64,000 nucleotides of DNA. It comes from an uncultured delta proteobacterium. Its GTDB lineage: Bacteria > Myxococcota > Myxococcia > Myxococcales > Anaeromyxobacteraceae. Shown here piece after piece: positions 54,177-64,000 of the stretch. Positions within the stretch are counted from its first letter, which is position 1, and every line of letters begins with the position of its first letter. The notes beneath the pieces were generated by a model. That model was not told the origin of the DNA. It was given only the letters and a program-made list of their open reading frames with translations, and made no database searches. The stretch covers positions 416,001-480,000 of the forward strand of contig CAWFDF010000008.1 in the NCBI GenBank assembly GCA_963814585.1, read 5' to 3'. The translations under genes were made by a program, and so were the position numbers.

Positions 54177-55296
54177 CTACTCGTCCACCGCCCGGTCGGT
54201 GCGGCGAACGCCCATCAGCCACGGCCTGATGAAGCCGTCCAGATCGCCATCGAGGACGTCGTCGACCTTGCCCGTCTCCACGCCGGTCCGCAGGTCCTTG
54301 ACCATCTGGTAGGGCTGCAGCACGTAGCTCCGGATCTGGGAACCGAAGTCGATGTCCTTCTTCTGCGCCTCGATGGCGTCGGCCTGGGCTTGCCGCCTCT
54401 TCTCCTCGTACTCGTAGAGGCGGGAGCGGAGGATCTTCCACGCCATGGAGCGGTTCTTCTGCTGGCTCCGCTCGTTCTGCATCGCCACCACGATGCCGGT
54501 CGCCAGGTGGGTGATGCGCACCGCCGAGTCGGTCTTGTTCACCTTCTGGCCGCCGGCGCCCGAGGAGCGATAGGTGTCGATGCGGACGTCGGACTCCTTG
54601 ATGTCGATGACGATGTCGTCGTCGATCTCCGGGGTCACGTCCACGGCGGCGAAGCTGGTCTGGCGGCGGGCGTTCTGGTCGAAGGGGCTGATGCGCACCA
54701 ACCGGTGCACGCCCTTCTCGGCCTTGAGGAAGCCATAGGCGAACTCGCCGCGCACGAAGAAGGAGCCCTGGCTGATGCCCGCCTCCTCGCCGGCCACCAT
54801 GTCGGCCGGCTCGATGGTCCAGCCCTTCCGCTCGCCGTAGCGGGTGTACATCCGGTAGAGCATGGCGGCCCAGTCCATGGCCTCGACGCCGCCGGCGCCG
54901 CTCTTCACCTCGACGATGGCCCCGGCCCGGTCGTGCGGCCCGGAGAGCATCTTCTGGAACTCCAGTCCCTCGACCTCGAGGGCCACCGCGGCGGCGGCGG
55001 CGGCGGCCTCGGCCCGGGTGGCCTCGTCCCGCGCCTCCTCGGCCAGCTCGTGCAGGGCCGCGGCGTCGCCGAGGGCGCCGGTCACACGGTCGCTCGATCC
55101 GACCACCTGCTCCAGCTGGGACTTCTCCTTCAGCAGCCCCTGGGCCCTGGCGTTGTCGCCCCAGAACTCCGGGGACTCGGAGAGCTTGGCGATCTCGGCG
55201 ATCCGCTGGCGCTTTCGTTCGACGTCAAAGCGACCCCCGGAGTCCCTCGAGGCGGCGGGACAGGTCGGCGATCAGCTCGGCGGTGGGGGCGGCCAT
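54177..55296 (-). CDS. prfB: Peptide chain release factor 2 (programmed +1 frameshift)
   Basis: SPF and GGQ motifs; 23-codon leader frame ends in CTT-TGA-C at 55224-55230 with GGGGG just upstream. Confidence 0.96.
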
Positions 55297-55306
55297 GGGT
55301 CAGCTC

Positions 55307-56962
55307 CTAACGGGATGCGGCGGCGCGGCGGGCCCGCCAGGCGGCGGCCAGCGCCGCCATGGAGAGGACGGCGCAGGTGCCGGCGAAGAGATCGCCGAGG
55401 CGGACATAGGGCGTCAAGCCGTGATGGCGTGGCAGCCGCCCGCGCAGCATGCGAGCAGGCTCCTCGGGCACGGGCGCCCTCCGCGGATCCACCGGCCCGA
55501 CGTCCAGCGCCCCCGGGAGCAGCTCGCCGGTGGGCAGGATCAGCGCCGACACGCCCGAGTAGGCGGGCCGGGCGATCGAGCGGCCGGTCTCGATGGCTCG
55601 CAGCCGGACGATGTCGAGGAACTGGTAGGGGCCGGAGGAGTAGCCGTACCAGGCGTCGTTGGTGGGGTTGACCAGCAGGTCCGGGTCCTGGCGCGCGAAG
55701 GCGACGCCGATCTCCGGGAAGATGGCGTCGAAGCAGATCATCGATCCGACTCGCACCGGCGCCCCGTCACGACCCGTGAACTCGAGCAGCTCGAGGGCGC
55801 CGCCCGGGCTGGCCGGCGCCAGGCCCGGCACCACCTGGCGCACGAAGGGGAGCCAGTCCGCCAGCGGCACGTACTCCCCGAAGGGCACCAGGTGGTGCTT
55901 CACGTAGCGCCCCTTCACCTCGAGCTCCGGGGAGACCAGGAACGTGGTGTTCTCCACCTTGAAGAGCGGCTCGCCGCGCCGGCCCCGGGTCTCCTCCAGC
56001 GTGGCGGCCCCGAGCAGCAGGTGAGCTTGCCGGAGGGCCGGGAGCCGGGCCCGTCCGCCCGCGAAGCTCCGCGTGGTGGGACGTGCGTAGCCCGGGTAGG
56101 CCGCCTCCGGCCAGGCGATCAGCTCGGCCCCCTCCCGGTCGGCCTGCAGCGTGGGCGGGATGAGCCGCTGCATCACGCTCTCGACGTGGTCGCGGGCCCG
56201 GTTCTTGGACCCCTGATCGAGGTTGACCTGCACCACCGCCACCTCGATCGACGGGGCGCCCGCCAGCTCGGCGCGCAATCCCGCCAGCCGCCAGGCGCCG
56301 CCGGCCACCACCAGCGCCAGCAGGGCCCCCACGCCGCCCAGCAGCCGCCACGGGAGCGCCTGCCCGGCCTGGCGCGCCCGCAGCGCCTCCGCCAGCGCCG
56401 CGTTGACCAGCACCACGAGCCAGGCGATGGCGTAGACGCCGCCCAGCGCCGCCAGCTGCGCCACCGGCAGCGCGCGGACCTGCGTGTAGCCGAGGTTGGC
56501 CCAGGGGAAGCCGGTGATGAGGTAGTTGCGCAGCAGCTCGGTCGCCGTCCAGATGAACGGGAGGTGGACCCAGAGCGGCCAGCCGAGCGCGCGCCGCACC
56601 GCGAAGGCCGCGGCCGCGGCCAGGGCCCAGTGGGCCGCCATGAAGCCGACCAGCAAGGAGAGGCCAATGAAGGCGAGCCAGGTGGGCAGGCCGCCGAAGG
56701 CGGTCATGGCATGGCTCACCCAGTGGATGGCCGCGTAGAAGTAGGCCAGCCCCGCGGCGAAGCCGACCCCGGCGGCGTCGCGCAGGGACTCGACCCCCTC
56801 GACCGCCCGGAGGAGCGGGACCAGCGCCACCCACGCCAGCAGCCCGGCCCAGCCCGAAGGGTCGAGCTCGCGCAGCGAGAGCCACGGCACCACCACGGGG
56901 AGCGACAGCGCCATGGCGGCGCCCGAGCCGATGGCGGCGAGGAGCGGGGTGAGCCGGCGCAC
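55307..56962 (-). CDS. lnt: Apolipoprotein N-acyltransferase
   Basis: TGFPW, WPEAA, KHHLVPFGEYVP, ICFDAIFP, TNDAW and RAIE motifs. Confidence 0.95.
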   Translation of the reverse strand: MRRLTPLLAAIGSGAAMALSLPVVVPWLSLRELDPSGWAGLLAWVALVPLLRAVEGVESLRDAAGVGFAAGLAYFYAAIHWVSHAMTAFGGLPTWLAFIGLSLLVGFMAAHWALAAAAAFAVRRALGWPLWVHLPFIWTATELLRNYLITGFPWANLGYTQVRALPVAQLAALGGVYAIAWLVVLVNAALAEALRARQAGQALPWRLLGGVGALLALVVAGGAWRLAGLRAELAGAPSIEVAVVQVNLDQGSKNRARDHVESVMQRLIPPTLQADREGAELIAWPEAAYPGYARPTTRSFAGGRARLPALRQAHLLLGAATLEETRGRRGEPLFKVENTTFLVSPELEVKGRYVKHHLVPFGEYVPLADWLPFVRQVVPGLAPASPGGALELLEFTGRDGAPVRVGSMICFDAIFPEIGVAFARQDPDLLVNPTNDAWYGYSSGPYQFLDIVRLRAIETGRSIARPAYSGVSALILPTGELLPGALDVGPVDPRRAPVPEEPARMLRGRLPRHHGLTPYVRLGDLFAGTCAVLSMAALAAAWRARRAAASR

Positions 56963-56966
56963 GTGC

Positions 56967-57374
56967 TCAGGGCGTCCGCTTGAAGTAGCTGCCCTCGGCA
57001 GGGCCGGGCACGACGGCCGGCTCCGCCCGGGCGCCGGCCGGATCCGATGGCCGTCCCTGGGCCGCGCCGTAGGCGGCCGCGGCGGCGAGGTAGTACGCGA
57101 TGGCCTCCCGGATGAGGTGCCCCACCGGGCGGCCCAGCCGGGCTGCCGTGGCGCCGGCGGCCTCAGCCAGGTCGGCCGGCATCCGCACGCTCACCACCTG
57201 CGCCTGCACCAGCGCCGCCTCCAGCCGCTCCAGCGCCTGCGACGGGCGCGCCACCCTGAAGTCGCCGGCCTCGATCATCTCCTTGATGCGCCGCGCCAGG
57301 TCGGCGCGCGCGTACCAGGCGCCGTCGAGCCAGACCGACTCCGAGTCGAGGTCGATGTCCGCGAAGGGATCCAT
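56967..57374 (-). CDS. Small protein with a ribbon-helix-helix-like segment
   Basis: VSVRMPADLAE...GRPVGHLIREAI resembles a CopG/RHH fold. Confidence 0.6.
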   Translation of the reverse strand: MDPFADIDLDSESVWLDGAWYARADLARRIKEMIEAGDFRVARPSQALERLEAALVQAQVVSVRMPADLAEAAGATAARLGRPVGHLIREAIAYYLAAAAAYGAAQGRPSDPAGARAEPAVVPGPAEGSYFKRTP

Positions 57375-57829
57375 CCGCTCCTGCCCTGCTCCTGCAGCGT
57401 CTCGCCCACCAGCCCGTGGGCACCCATCAACGCGGCCTCGTGCGCCGCCATCCGCCGGGCCTCCCCGGGCCGCTCGTGATCGAAGCCGAGCAGGTGGAGG
57501 AGGCCGTGGGCGAGGTACCGATCCAGCTCGGCGGCCACCGGCCGCCGCTCGGCTCGAGCCCGACGGCTCGCCGTGTCGAGCGAGACTACCACGTCCCCCA
57601 GGTACGGCCCACCTCCTGGCGGCTCGGAGAATGGGAAGGAGAGCACGTCGGTGGCCTGGTCCCTGGCCCGCCAGCGCCGGTTCAACCCGCGGATGACCCC
57701 GTCGGTCACCACCAGGATGGAGAGGCCGGCCTCCACCCGGTCCAGCGCCAGGAGGTATCGCCGCGCCGTGGCGCGGAGGCGGCGCGCCTGGGCCGCGCCC
57801 CGCGGGTGGCTGCTGCGGCTCTCGATCAC
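57275..57829 (-). CDS. ybeY: rRNA maturation RNase YbeY
   Basis: LNRRWR, TDVLSFP, LGDVVVS and HGLLHLLGFDH motifs. Confidence 0.93.
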   Translation of the reverse strand: MIESRSSHPRGAAQARRLRATARRYLLALDRVEAGLSILVVTDGVIRGLNRRWRARDQATDVLSFPFSEPPGGGPYLGDVVVSLDTASRRARAERRPVAAELDRYLAHGLLHLLGFDHERPGEARRMAAHEAALMGAHGLVGETLQEQGRSGWIPSRTSTSTRSRSGSTAPGTRAPTWRGASRR

Positions 57830-60148
57830 GGCGCCCGCACCAGGTGGATGGCGCCGGTCGCGTCGACGGCGGCCCTGGGCGGGCGCTCGGGCCGCGCCTG
57901 CAGGTGGGACTGGAGGGCGCGGGTCATCGCCTCCGCCGAGCTGGTCAGGTCGCGCTGCGTCAGCTCGCACTCGTCCAGCTGGCCTTCCGCGACCACCTCC
58001 GCGAAGCGCTGATCCACCAGGCTCCTCAGCCTCTCGGCGGTCGCCGGCTGGCCCAGGTGGGCGCTCGCCTCGCAGGCGTCGGCCAGCATCACCAGGGCCA
58101 CCTCCCGGGTCTGCGGCTTGGGGCCCGGGTACCGGAGGTCCCCCGCGCCGGCCTCGGGCTCGCCGGCCTGGGCTGGCCGCCGCTGCCTGGCCCGGTCCGA
58201 GCCGACCAGGCGGGTCCCGTGGTGCTGATCGACGAAGGCGAGGACCTCGGGCGGGAGGCGCCAGCGCTTCACGGCCTCCCGGCCGTCCACCACATGCTGG
58301 CGGACGGCGTCGGCGTTCGCCGACGGCGCGAGCTCGTCGTGCTCGTTCCGATCGCGCTGGTTCTCGGCGAAGAGGAGCGGCGCCCGGATCTTGCCGAGGT
58401 CGTGGTAGTAGGCTCCGACGCGGGCCAGCAGGGGATCGGCGCCGATGGCGAGCGCGGCCTCCTCCGCCAGCGCGCCGACCACGATGGAGTGGCGGTAGGT
58501 GCCTGGCGCCTGGACGATGAGCTCCTTGAGCGCCGGGTGGTTCAGGCTGGCGAGCGCCAGCAACCGGCCGTCGGTGACGTAGCCGAGCAGGCGGCCCAGC
58601 GTCGGCAGCCCCGCCGCCACCACCAGCGGCAGCAGCACCGCCCCGCCCACCAGCGCGGCGCCAGCCGAGAGCAGGAGCTCGCCGGTGCGGGCCCCGGCGT
58701 GGAGCCCCATGGCCAGCGCCACCAGCCCGCCCGCGAGCCCGGAGGCCGCTCCGCCGCGCAGGAGCGCCCAGCGCTGCCGCCGACGCCCGCCGAAGCCCAG
58801 GGCCGCCATGGAGGTCACCGCGGCGTGGAGTGCCAGCGGCGCGGAGGCGCCCGCCGTCAGCCCGAAGACCAGGCTCGCCACCAGCGCCAGGAGGAGCGCG
58901 GACCAGGTGCCGAGCAGCTCCCTCGCCAGCACGGCCACGGCGGCGACCGGCACGAGGTGGAGGATGGGCGCGCGGGTGAGGCCGGGGAGCTGGTCCTGGA
59001 TCACCTCGGAGAGCGACGACGCCCCGAGCCCGGCCAGCATCGCGCCGGCCAGCAGCGCGGCGCCGAGCAGGGCGTCGCGGGCGCCCGCGGGCCGGCGGAC
59101 CTCCAGGCGCCCCACCGTCGCCAGGCGCCACGCCAGCGCCAGCAGCATCGCCACCGCCAGCGCGCCGGCCAGGCGGATCCGCCCTCGATCCCGGCCGGCC
59201 TGGGAGACCCGCAGCGCCTCGAAGACGGCCAGGTGCTCCGGCTGGAGCCGCTCCCCCTCGGCGACGACGCGCTCGCCCCGGCGGACGGTGACGCCCACCG
59301 GCTTGACCCGGGCGGCCGCCTCGGCCCGCCGGCGCTCGGTCTCGGCCTGGTTGTGCACCAGCGTCGGGTGGATCGACTCGGCGGCGAGGCGGAGCAGCGC
59401 GCCCCGCAGCGCGGCCGGCTGTCCGGACAGCCGGGCCCCGGCGGCGGCCGCCACCTCCTGCCTCGCCGTCGACACGGTCCGGATCAGCGCGAGGTCGGTG
59501 AGCATCCCCTCCCCGCTGAGCCGACCCGAGCGCACCGTCCGGACCACCAGGCCGGACTCCCTGTCGTCGGGCAGCAGCGCCAGGTCCTGGACCACCAGCC
59601 CGGAGAGCCCCTTGCGCGCCAGGCCGGCCAGCTCCCGCTCGACCGGCGGCGAGAAGCGGGCCGCCGCCAGCGAGGCGAAGTCGGCGTCGCGGCACCAGCA
59701 ACTGCAGCCTGGCCACGAACGCGTCGCGCTGGGCGGCATAGCGCGGCAGCAGCGCGGCGAGGCCGGCGCCGGCCTGCTGCTGCAGGAGCGCCTCCTCCTC
59801 GTCGCGCATCAGCGAGAAGGCGGCGTGGATGCGTGCGGCCGCCTCGTCCGGGGCGGCCTCGTCGTGGTCGTAGACGGGACGCTCCTGCGCCGCCGCCTCG
59901 GCGCGACGGCGTGCCGTGGCGTCCTGGTCGGTGACGTCGACGTCGAGACCGGCCCGGATGGTCGCCGGGGACGGCGCCCCGAGCGCCTCCCGTCCGGGGA
60001 GCCGGTCCAGGCCCGCCGGGGCCAGGAGCCAGCCCGCCCCGACGCTCAAGCCCACCAGCAGGGCCAGCAGCAGGACCTGGGTGGTGACGGCGCGAAGTCG
60101 CTGGCCGGGTGGCGGCGCGGGGGACACGGAGCGGGAGCCTGCACCCAT
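57826..60148 (-). CDS. 7TM-HD phosphohydrolase (PgpH-like) with one apparent frameshift near 59691
   Basis: N-terminal TM and extracytoplasmic domain in one frame; TM region plus APGTYRHS, YHDLGK, HHGT and MLAD in the next; standard phoH-HD-ybeY order. Confidence 0.85.
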
Positions 60149-60169
60149 CGCCCTGGCTTGGCAACGGCC

Positions 60170-61156
60170 TCAGGGCTCGGCCGACCGGCGCGCCGCCTCG
60201 TAGCTCTCGTAGGCCCGCACCACCTCCTGGACCAGGGGGTGACGGACCACGTCGACCTCCGAGAAGGCGCAGAACTCGATCCCCTCGACGCCCTTCAGCA
60301 CCTTCTGCGCCTCCAGCAGGCCGGAGGGTCTCCCGCTCGGGAGGTCCACCTGCGTCACGTCGCCCGTGACCACCGCCTTGGAGCCGTAGCCGAGGCGGGT
60401 GAGGAACATCTTCATCTGCTCCGCCGTGGTGTTCTGCGCCTCGTCGAGGATGATGAAGGCGTCGTTGAGGGTCCGCCCCCGCATGAAGGCCAGCGGCGCC
60501 ACCTCCACCGTGCCCCGCTCGATGAAGGCATTGGCCTTCTCGTCGTCCACCATGTCGAAGAGCGCGTCGTGGAGCGGCCGCAGGTAGGGGTTCACCTTCT
60601 CGGCGATGTCGCCCGGCAGGAACCCGAGCCGCTCCCCGGCCTCCACCGCCGGCCGCGTCAGCACGATCCGCTTCACCTTTCGCTCCACCAGGAAGGCGAC
60701 CGCCATGGCCATGGCGAGGTAGGTCTTCCCGGTTCCGGCCGGTCCGATGCCGAAGACGATGTCCTGATCGCGGATGGCCTGGACGTACCTCTTCTGCCCC
60801 AGGCCCTTGGGCGTGATGACCCGGTGGCGCGCCGAGACGAAGACGGTGTGGCCGAAGACCTCTCGCAGCGCCACCCCCTGCCCGGCCAGCTTGATCGCCT
60901 GGTCGACGTCCTCCAGGTGGAGCGGGAACCCCTCCTCCAGGAGTCCGTACAGCTCCCGCAGCAGCCGCTCGGCCAGCGCCAGCCGCGCCGGATCGTCGCC
61001 GGCCACCATCAGCTGGCCGCCGCGCAGCCCGACCTGGATCCCCAGCCGCCGCTCCACCAGCTTGAGGTGCTCGTTGTGGGCGCCGCACAGGGCACGCACC
61101 CGGTCGTTGTCGGGCAGCTCGATGCGGAGGGCGCGGGCGTCGGTCACGTGGCTCAC
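60170..61156 (-). CDS. phoH: PhoH family ATPase
   Basis: GPAGTGKT, RPAVEAGE, RGRTL, DEAQN, GDVTQ and VRHPLV motifs. Confidence 0.95.
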   Translation of the reverse strand: MSHVTDARALRIELPDNDRVRALCGAHNEHLKLVERRLGIQVGLRGGQLMVAGDDPARLALAERLLRELYGLLEEGFPLHLEDVDQAIKLAGQGVALREVFGHTVFVSARHRVITPKGLGQKRYVQAIRDQDIVFGIGPAGTGKTYLAMAMAVAFLVERKVKRIVLTRPAVEAGERLGFLPGDIAEKVNPYLRPLHDALFDMVDDEKANAFIERGTVEVAPLAFMRGRTLNDAFIILDEAQNTTAEQMKMFLTRLGYGSKAVVTGDVTQVDLPSGRPSGLLEAQKVLKGVEGIEFCAFSEVDVVRHPLVQEVVRAYESYEAARRSAEP

Positions 61157-62359
61157 TCCACCGGCGAGAGCAGGATGAACCCGCCCTCGGGTCGGCGCCG
61201 GTAGAAGTAGGGCTGGCTCCATGGGTGGCTCAGATCGCGACCGCTCACCAGCCCGGCCTCGACCAGCTCGTCGAGCCGCTCCGGGTAGCCCCCCTTCTCC
61301 ACCCGGTAGACGTCCAGCGCCCCGCGCAGCCTCGCCAGCTGGTAGCGGGCCAGGAAGCGAGGCGCCACGTTGTCGCGCAGCGCGGTGACGCCGCCGGCGT
61401 CCCCGATGGCGACGCCCCGCTGGTCGACCCAGAGGGCCAGCCCGGCGAGGGCGACGGCGAGGGCGCCGGTGGTCGCCCCGCGCACCACCCAGGTGCGGGT
61501 CCGGTTCTGCAGGTCGCGCGCGTAGGCCCCGACCGAGCCGCCCCGGGCCCGCTCCGGCGGCACCGCGCGGAGGTAGCCGAGGTTGACGAGGCCCTGGAGC
61601 GCCTTGCAGGTCTCGAACTCCCCCAGCCTGGAGAGGTCGACGATCCGCTCGACGGTCCTGCCCGGCAGCGCCAGCTCGAAGACCCGCCGCTCGGTCCGCC
61701 CCGGCGACAGTCCGGACGACCCGCCCTCCTCCTCCTCTCCGCGTCCCGGCCCTTCGCCGAACGAGGCGAAGGCCGCCTCGACGTCCCGATCGACCGACCC
61801 CCTCGCGTCCGCTCGGGCTCCGGCGTGCGGATCCGCTCGAAGGTCATCTCGGGGAGCTGATCCGCTTTCGGACCAGCGGCCACTCGTCCACCTGCCGGAA
61901 CCCCTCCATCAGCACCGACTCGGCGCGGACGGGCGTGACGGTCTCCGGATCCCACTCCACGTCTCCCGGCTCGAAGGCGTAGGTCCCGCTCTTCCAGTGG
62001 AAGAGCTTGTAGACGGTCTCGGTGGTCTGCAGCGCCGTCATCTCGCGCAGCTGCTCGACGGTCAGGTCCCCCAGCTCGATGAGGAGATCGCCGAGCCGCC
62101 GCAGCGTCCGCTGCTGGAGCTCGAGGGCGCGATCCAGCTGGGCCTGGGTGATCACCTCGGCACGGACCAGCAGCATGCCCAGCTTCTCCCGCGCCTTGCG
62201 GCCGGCGGACTCGGCGCGCACCACGTTCCCGTCGGCGATGGCGATGTGGATGACGTCGTCGCGCGACTGGAGGTGCAGCACGCCGCTCTTGGCCTGCTGG
62301 CCGATGAGCTGGAGGATCTCGGCGATCCCGAAGTCCTTGAGGGTCCCCTTCAGCGCCAC
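61153..62359 (-). CDS. DUF4388 (PATAN-like) membrane protein, frameshifted near 61800-61855
   Basis: LKGTLKDFGIAEILQLI N-terminus; continues in other frames through EMTFER, LSRLGEFETCKAL, a TM helix and a GspG-like YPERLDELV tail. Confidence 0.7.
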
Positions 62360-62368
62360 GCTTGGCTC

Positions 62369-64000
62369 CTACCAGCCGGTCCGGCGGAACAGGTCGCGCA
62401 CCGCGACCAGGTAGATGATCAATGCCGCCGGGACGACGGCCGCCAGCTTGCCCACCAGCAGGTAGGACGTCGGGAGCGGCGGGGGCATCAGGCCCCGCCA
62501 GAACCAGGCCAGGAACCCGAGGAAGAGCAGCGAGGTCACCGTGGCCAGGCCGGGCCACGGGTGTCCGGTGTACAGGTGACCGCCCCCGCCGCTCGCCACC
62601 GCCAGGGCCCTGGCCAGCCCCAGCTGCACCCGTCCGTGGCGCCTCACCTCCGCATCCTTGAGCAGGCGGTCCCTGGCGTCGACCACGCCCTTCCTCACGT
62701 AGACGTTGACGCACTGCCCGCAGAGCGGCCCGCCGGCGGCGTCGCAGCGCCGGCACGCCGGGCGCCCGCACTTCTCGCAGGCGTGGGACGGGGCGAGGCG
62801 GGGCACGAGGAGCACCAGCCCCCAGAGCAGCGCCGCCAGCGCCATCGGCATCCATGGCCAGGTCCAGGGCGGGAGCGCCCCCGCCAGGCGGTCCCGGAGG
62901 GCCTCCCGGATGGCGTCGGGAGCGCCGTCGCCGCCCGCCAGGGCCAGGATCTTGGCGGCCGGCACCGGCACGTCGACCAGGTACCTGTTGGCCGAGAAGT
63001 CGTCGTCGGCGCCGAAGCGGCGCAGGAAGGCGCCGTTCTCCAGCTCGGCCCGGTCCCGGGCCGCGCTCGATCGCTCGATGTCGGAGGAGCGAAGGTAGAG
63101 CTTGGAGAGGTCGTAGTGCGCCGCGGCCTGGATGGTCCGGTCGCCGGCGGCGTGGTCCACCGCCGCCAGGTAGGCGGCCTTGGCCTTCTCGAGATCGCCC
63201 TGGAGGAAGTGGACGTTGCCGAGGTTCACCTCGACCTCGGCGGCTCGCGGGTCGGCCCGGAGGGCCTCCCCGTACCACCTGGCGGCGGCGGACAGGTCCC
63301 CGCGGCGCTTGGCGTGCCGCCCCAGGGCGGCCGTCAAGGCCGGCGGCGGCGTCCCCTCGCTGGCCCTCGCCGCCAGCGCCGCCACCTCGGCCTCGCCGGG
63401 CGCGCCGTGCTCGAGCTCGTGGACCGCCTCGGCCAGCGTGCCGGTCCAGGCGGTGGAGCTCGCCACCTGCTGCGCGGCCCACGGCATGGCGGCGACCACC
63501 AGCAGGGCCGCGGTCATCGCCAGCCGCTCGGCCGTCGAGAGGTAGAGCCACGCCGCCAGCAGCGCCACCCCGATGAAGGCGAGCGGCCCGAGCCCGAAGG
63601 CCACGGGCGCCGCCAGCAGCACCAGCCCGAGGAACCCGGCCTGGATGCCGGCCGAGCCTCGCAGCAGCGGCAGGTGGTGGAAGTCGTGCAGGAAGAGCCG
63701 GAGCGAGCGGAGCAGCAGCACGCCCAGCGCCACCGCGCCCGCCGCCAGCACGGCCGCGAACAGGGCCGCGAACAGGTCGGCGACGAAGGCCCGGCGCGAG
63801 TGCGGCTCGGCAAACGCCGCCCCGGCCCCGTCGGCGAGCGCGGAGAAGACCGCGCCCATCTCGAGCGGCGCCTTGGCGAACCGGACCCGCGCCAGGGTCG
63901 CGTGGGCATCGGCCAGCTCCGGGGCCAGCCGCACGGCCAGCTCGGCGTGGGCCAGGGCGTCGGGCACCACGCCGGCCGCGAGGGACCGATTGGCGTCGCG
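62369..64000 (-). CDS. TPR membrane protein with a Cys-rich zinc finger (5' end outside the window)
   Basis: TM helices, TPR motif (VNLGNVHF) and CEKCGRPACRRC...CGQC. Confidence 0.75.
   Translation of the reverse strand, partial: RDANRSLAAGVVPDALAHAELAVRLAPELADAHATLARVRFAKAPLEMGAVFSALADGAGAAFAEPHSRRAFVADLFAALFAAVLAAGAVALGVLLLRSLRLFLHDFHHLPLLRGSAGIQAGFLGLVLLAAPVAFGLGPLAFIGVALLAAWLYLSTAERLAMTAALLVVAAMPWAAQQVASSTAWTGTLAEAVHELEHGAPGEAEVAALAARASEGTPPPALTAALGRHAKRRGDLSAAARWYGEALRADPRAAEVEVNLGNVHFLQGDLEKAKAAYLAAVDHAAGDRTIQAAAHYDLSKLYLRSSDIERSSAARDRAELENGAFLRRFGADDDFSANRYLVDVPVPAAKILALAGGDGAPDAIREALRDRLAGALPPWTWPWMPMALAALLWGLVLLVPRLAPSHACEKCGRPACRRCDAAGGPLCGQCVNVYVRKGVVDARDRLLKDAEVRRHGRVQLGLARALAVASGGGGHLYTGHPWPGLATVTSLLFLGFLAWFWRGLMPPPLPTSYLLVGKLAAVVPAALIIYLVAVRDLFRRTGW

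Noticed and set aside
57275..57374. 100-bp overlap of ybeY with the downstream gene as a functional C-terminal extension
   Set aside because: The tail is low-complexity and is best explained by stop-codon drift or an indel

Overview
High-GC bacterial chromosome segment. Gene content and order (AglZ-like, AglU-like, an extra Hsp70, PilT, multiheme cytochromes) point to Myxococcota, most likely Anaeromyxobacter-like; this is inferred, not from a database search. Most of the window is core genome: lpxB, copA, metF, greB, engB, coaE, argD/argF, xerC, trmFO, dprA, pgeF, prfB with its programmed frameshift, lnt, ybeY, phoH and three tRNAs. The standout is a tightly coupled minus-strand operon at about 15.1-24.0 kb. 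It encodes a membrane-anchored flavo-Fe-S NAD(P)H oxidoreductase with a di-heme-b-like membrane domain, then 20-, 10- and about 14-heme c-type cytochromes, a probable outer-membrane beta-barrel and a lipoprotein nuclease/phosphatase. I read it as a candidate NAD(P)H-to-cell-surface electron conduit. Other oddities are a compact type IA topoisomerase lacking both halves of domain II, a RAYT-like HUH transposase with flanking inverted repeats and a sigma54-like promoter, a 180-bp palindromic MITE/REPIN-like element, and a single-Cys thioredoxin next to ccdA-copA. Several scattered single-base indels look like sequencing errors. Most long ORFs in the six-frame track are GC-rich shadow frames.
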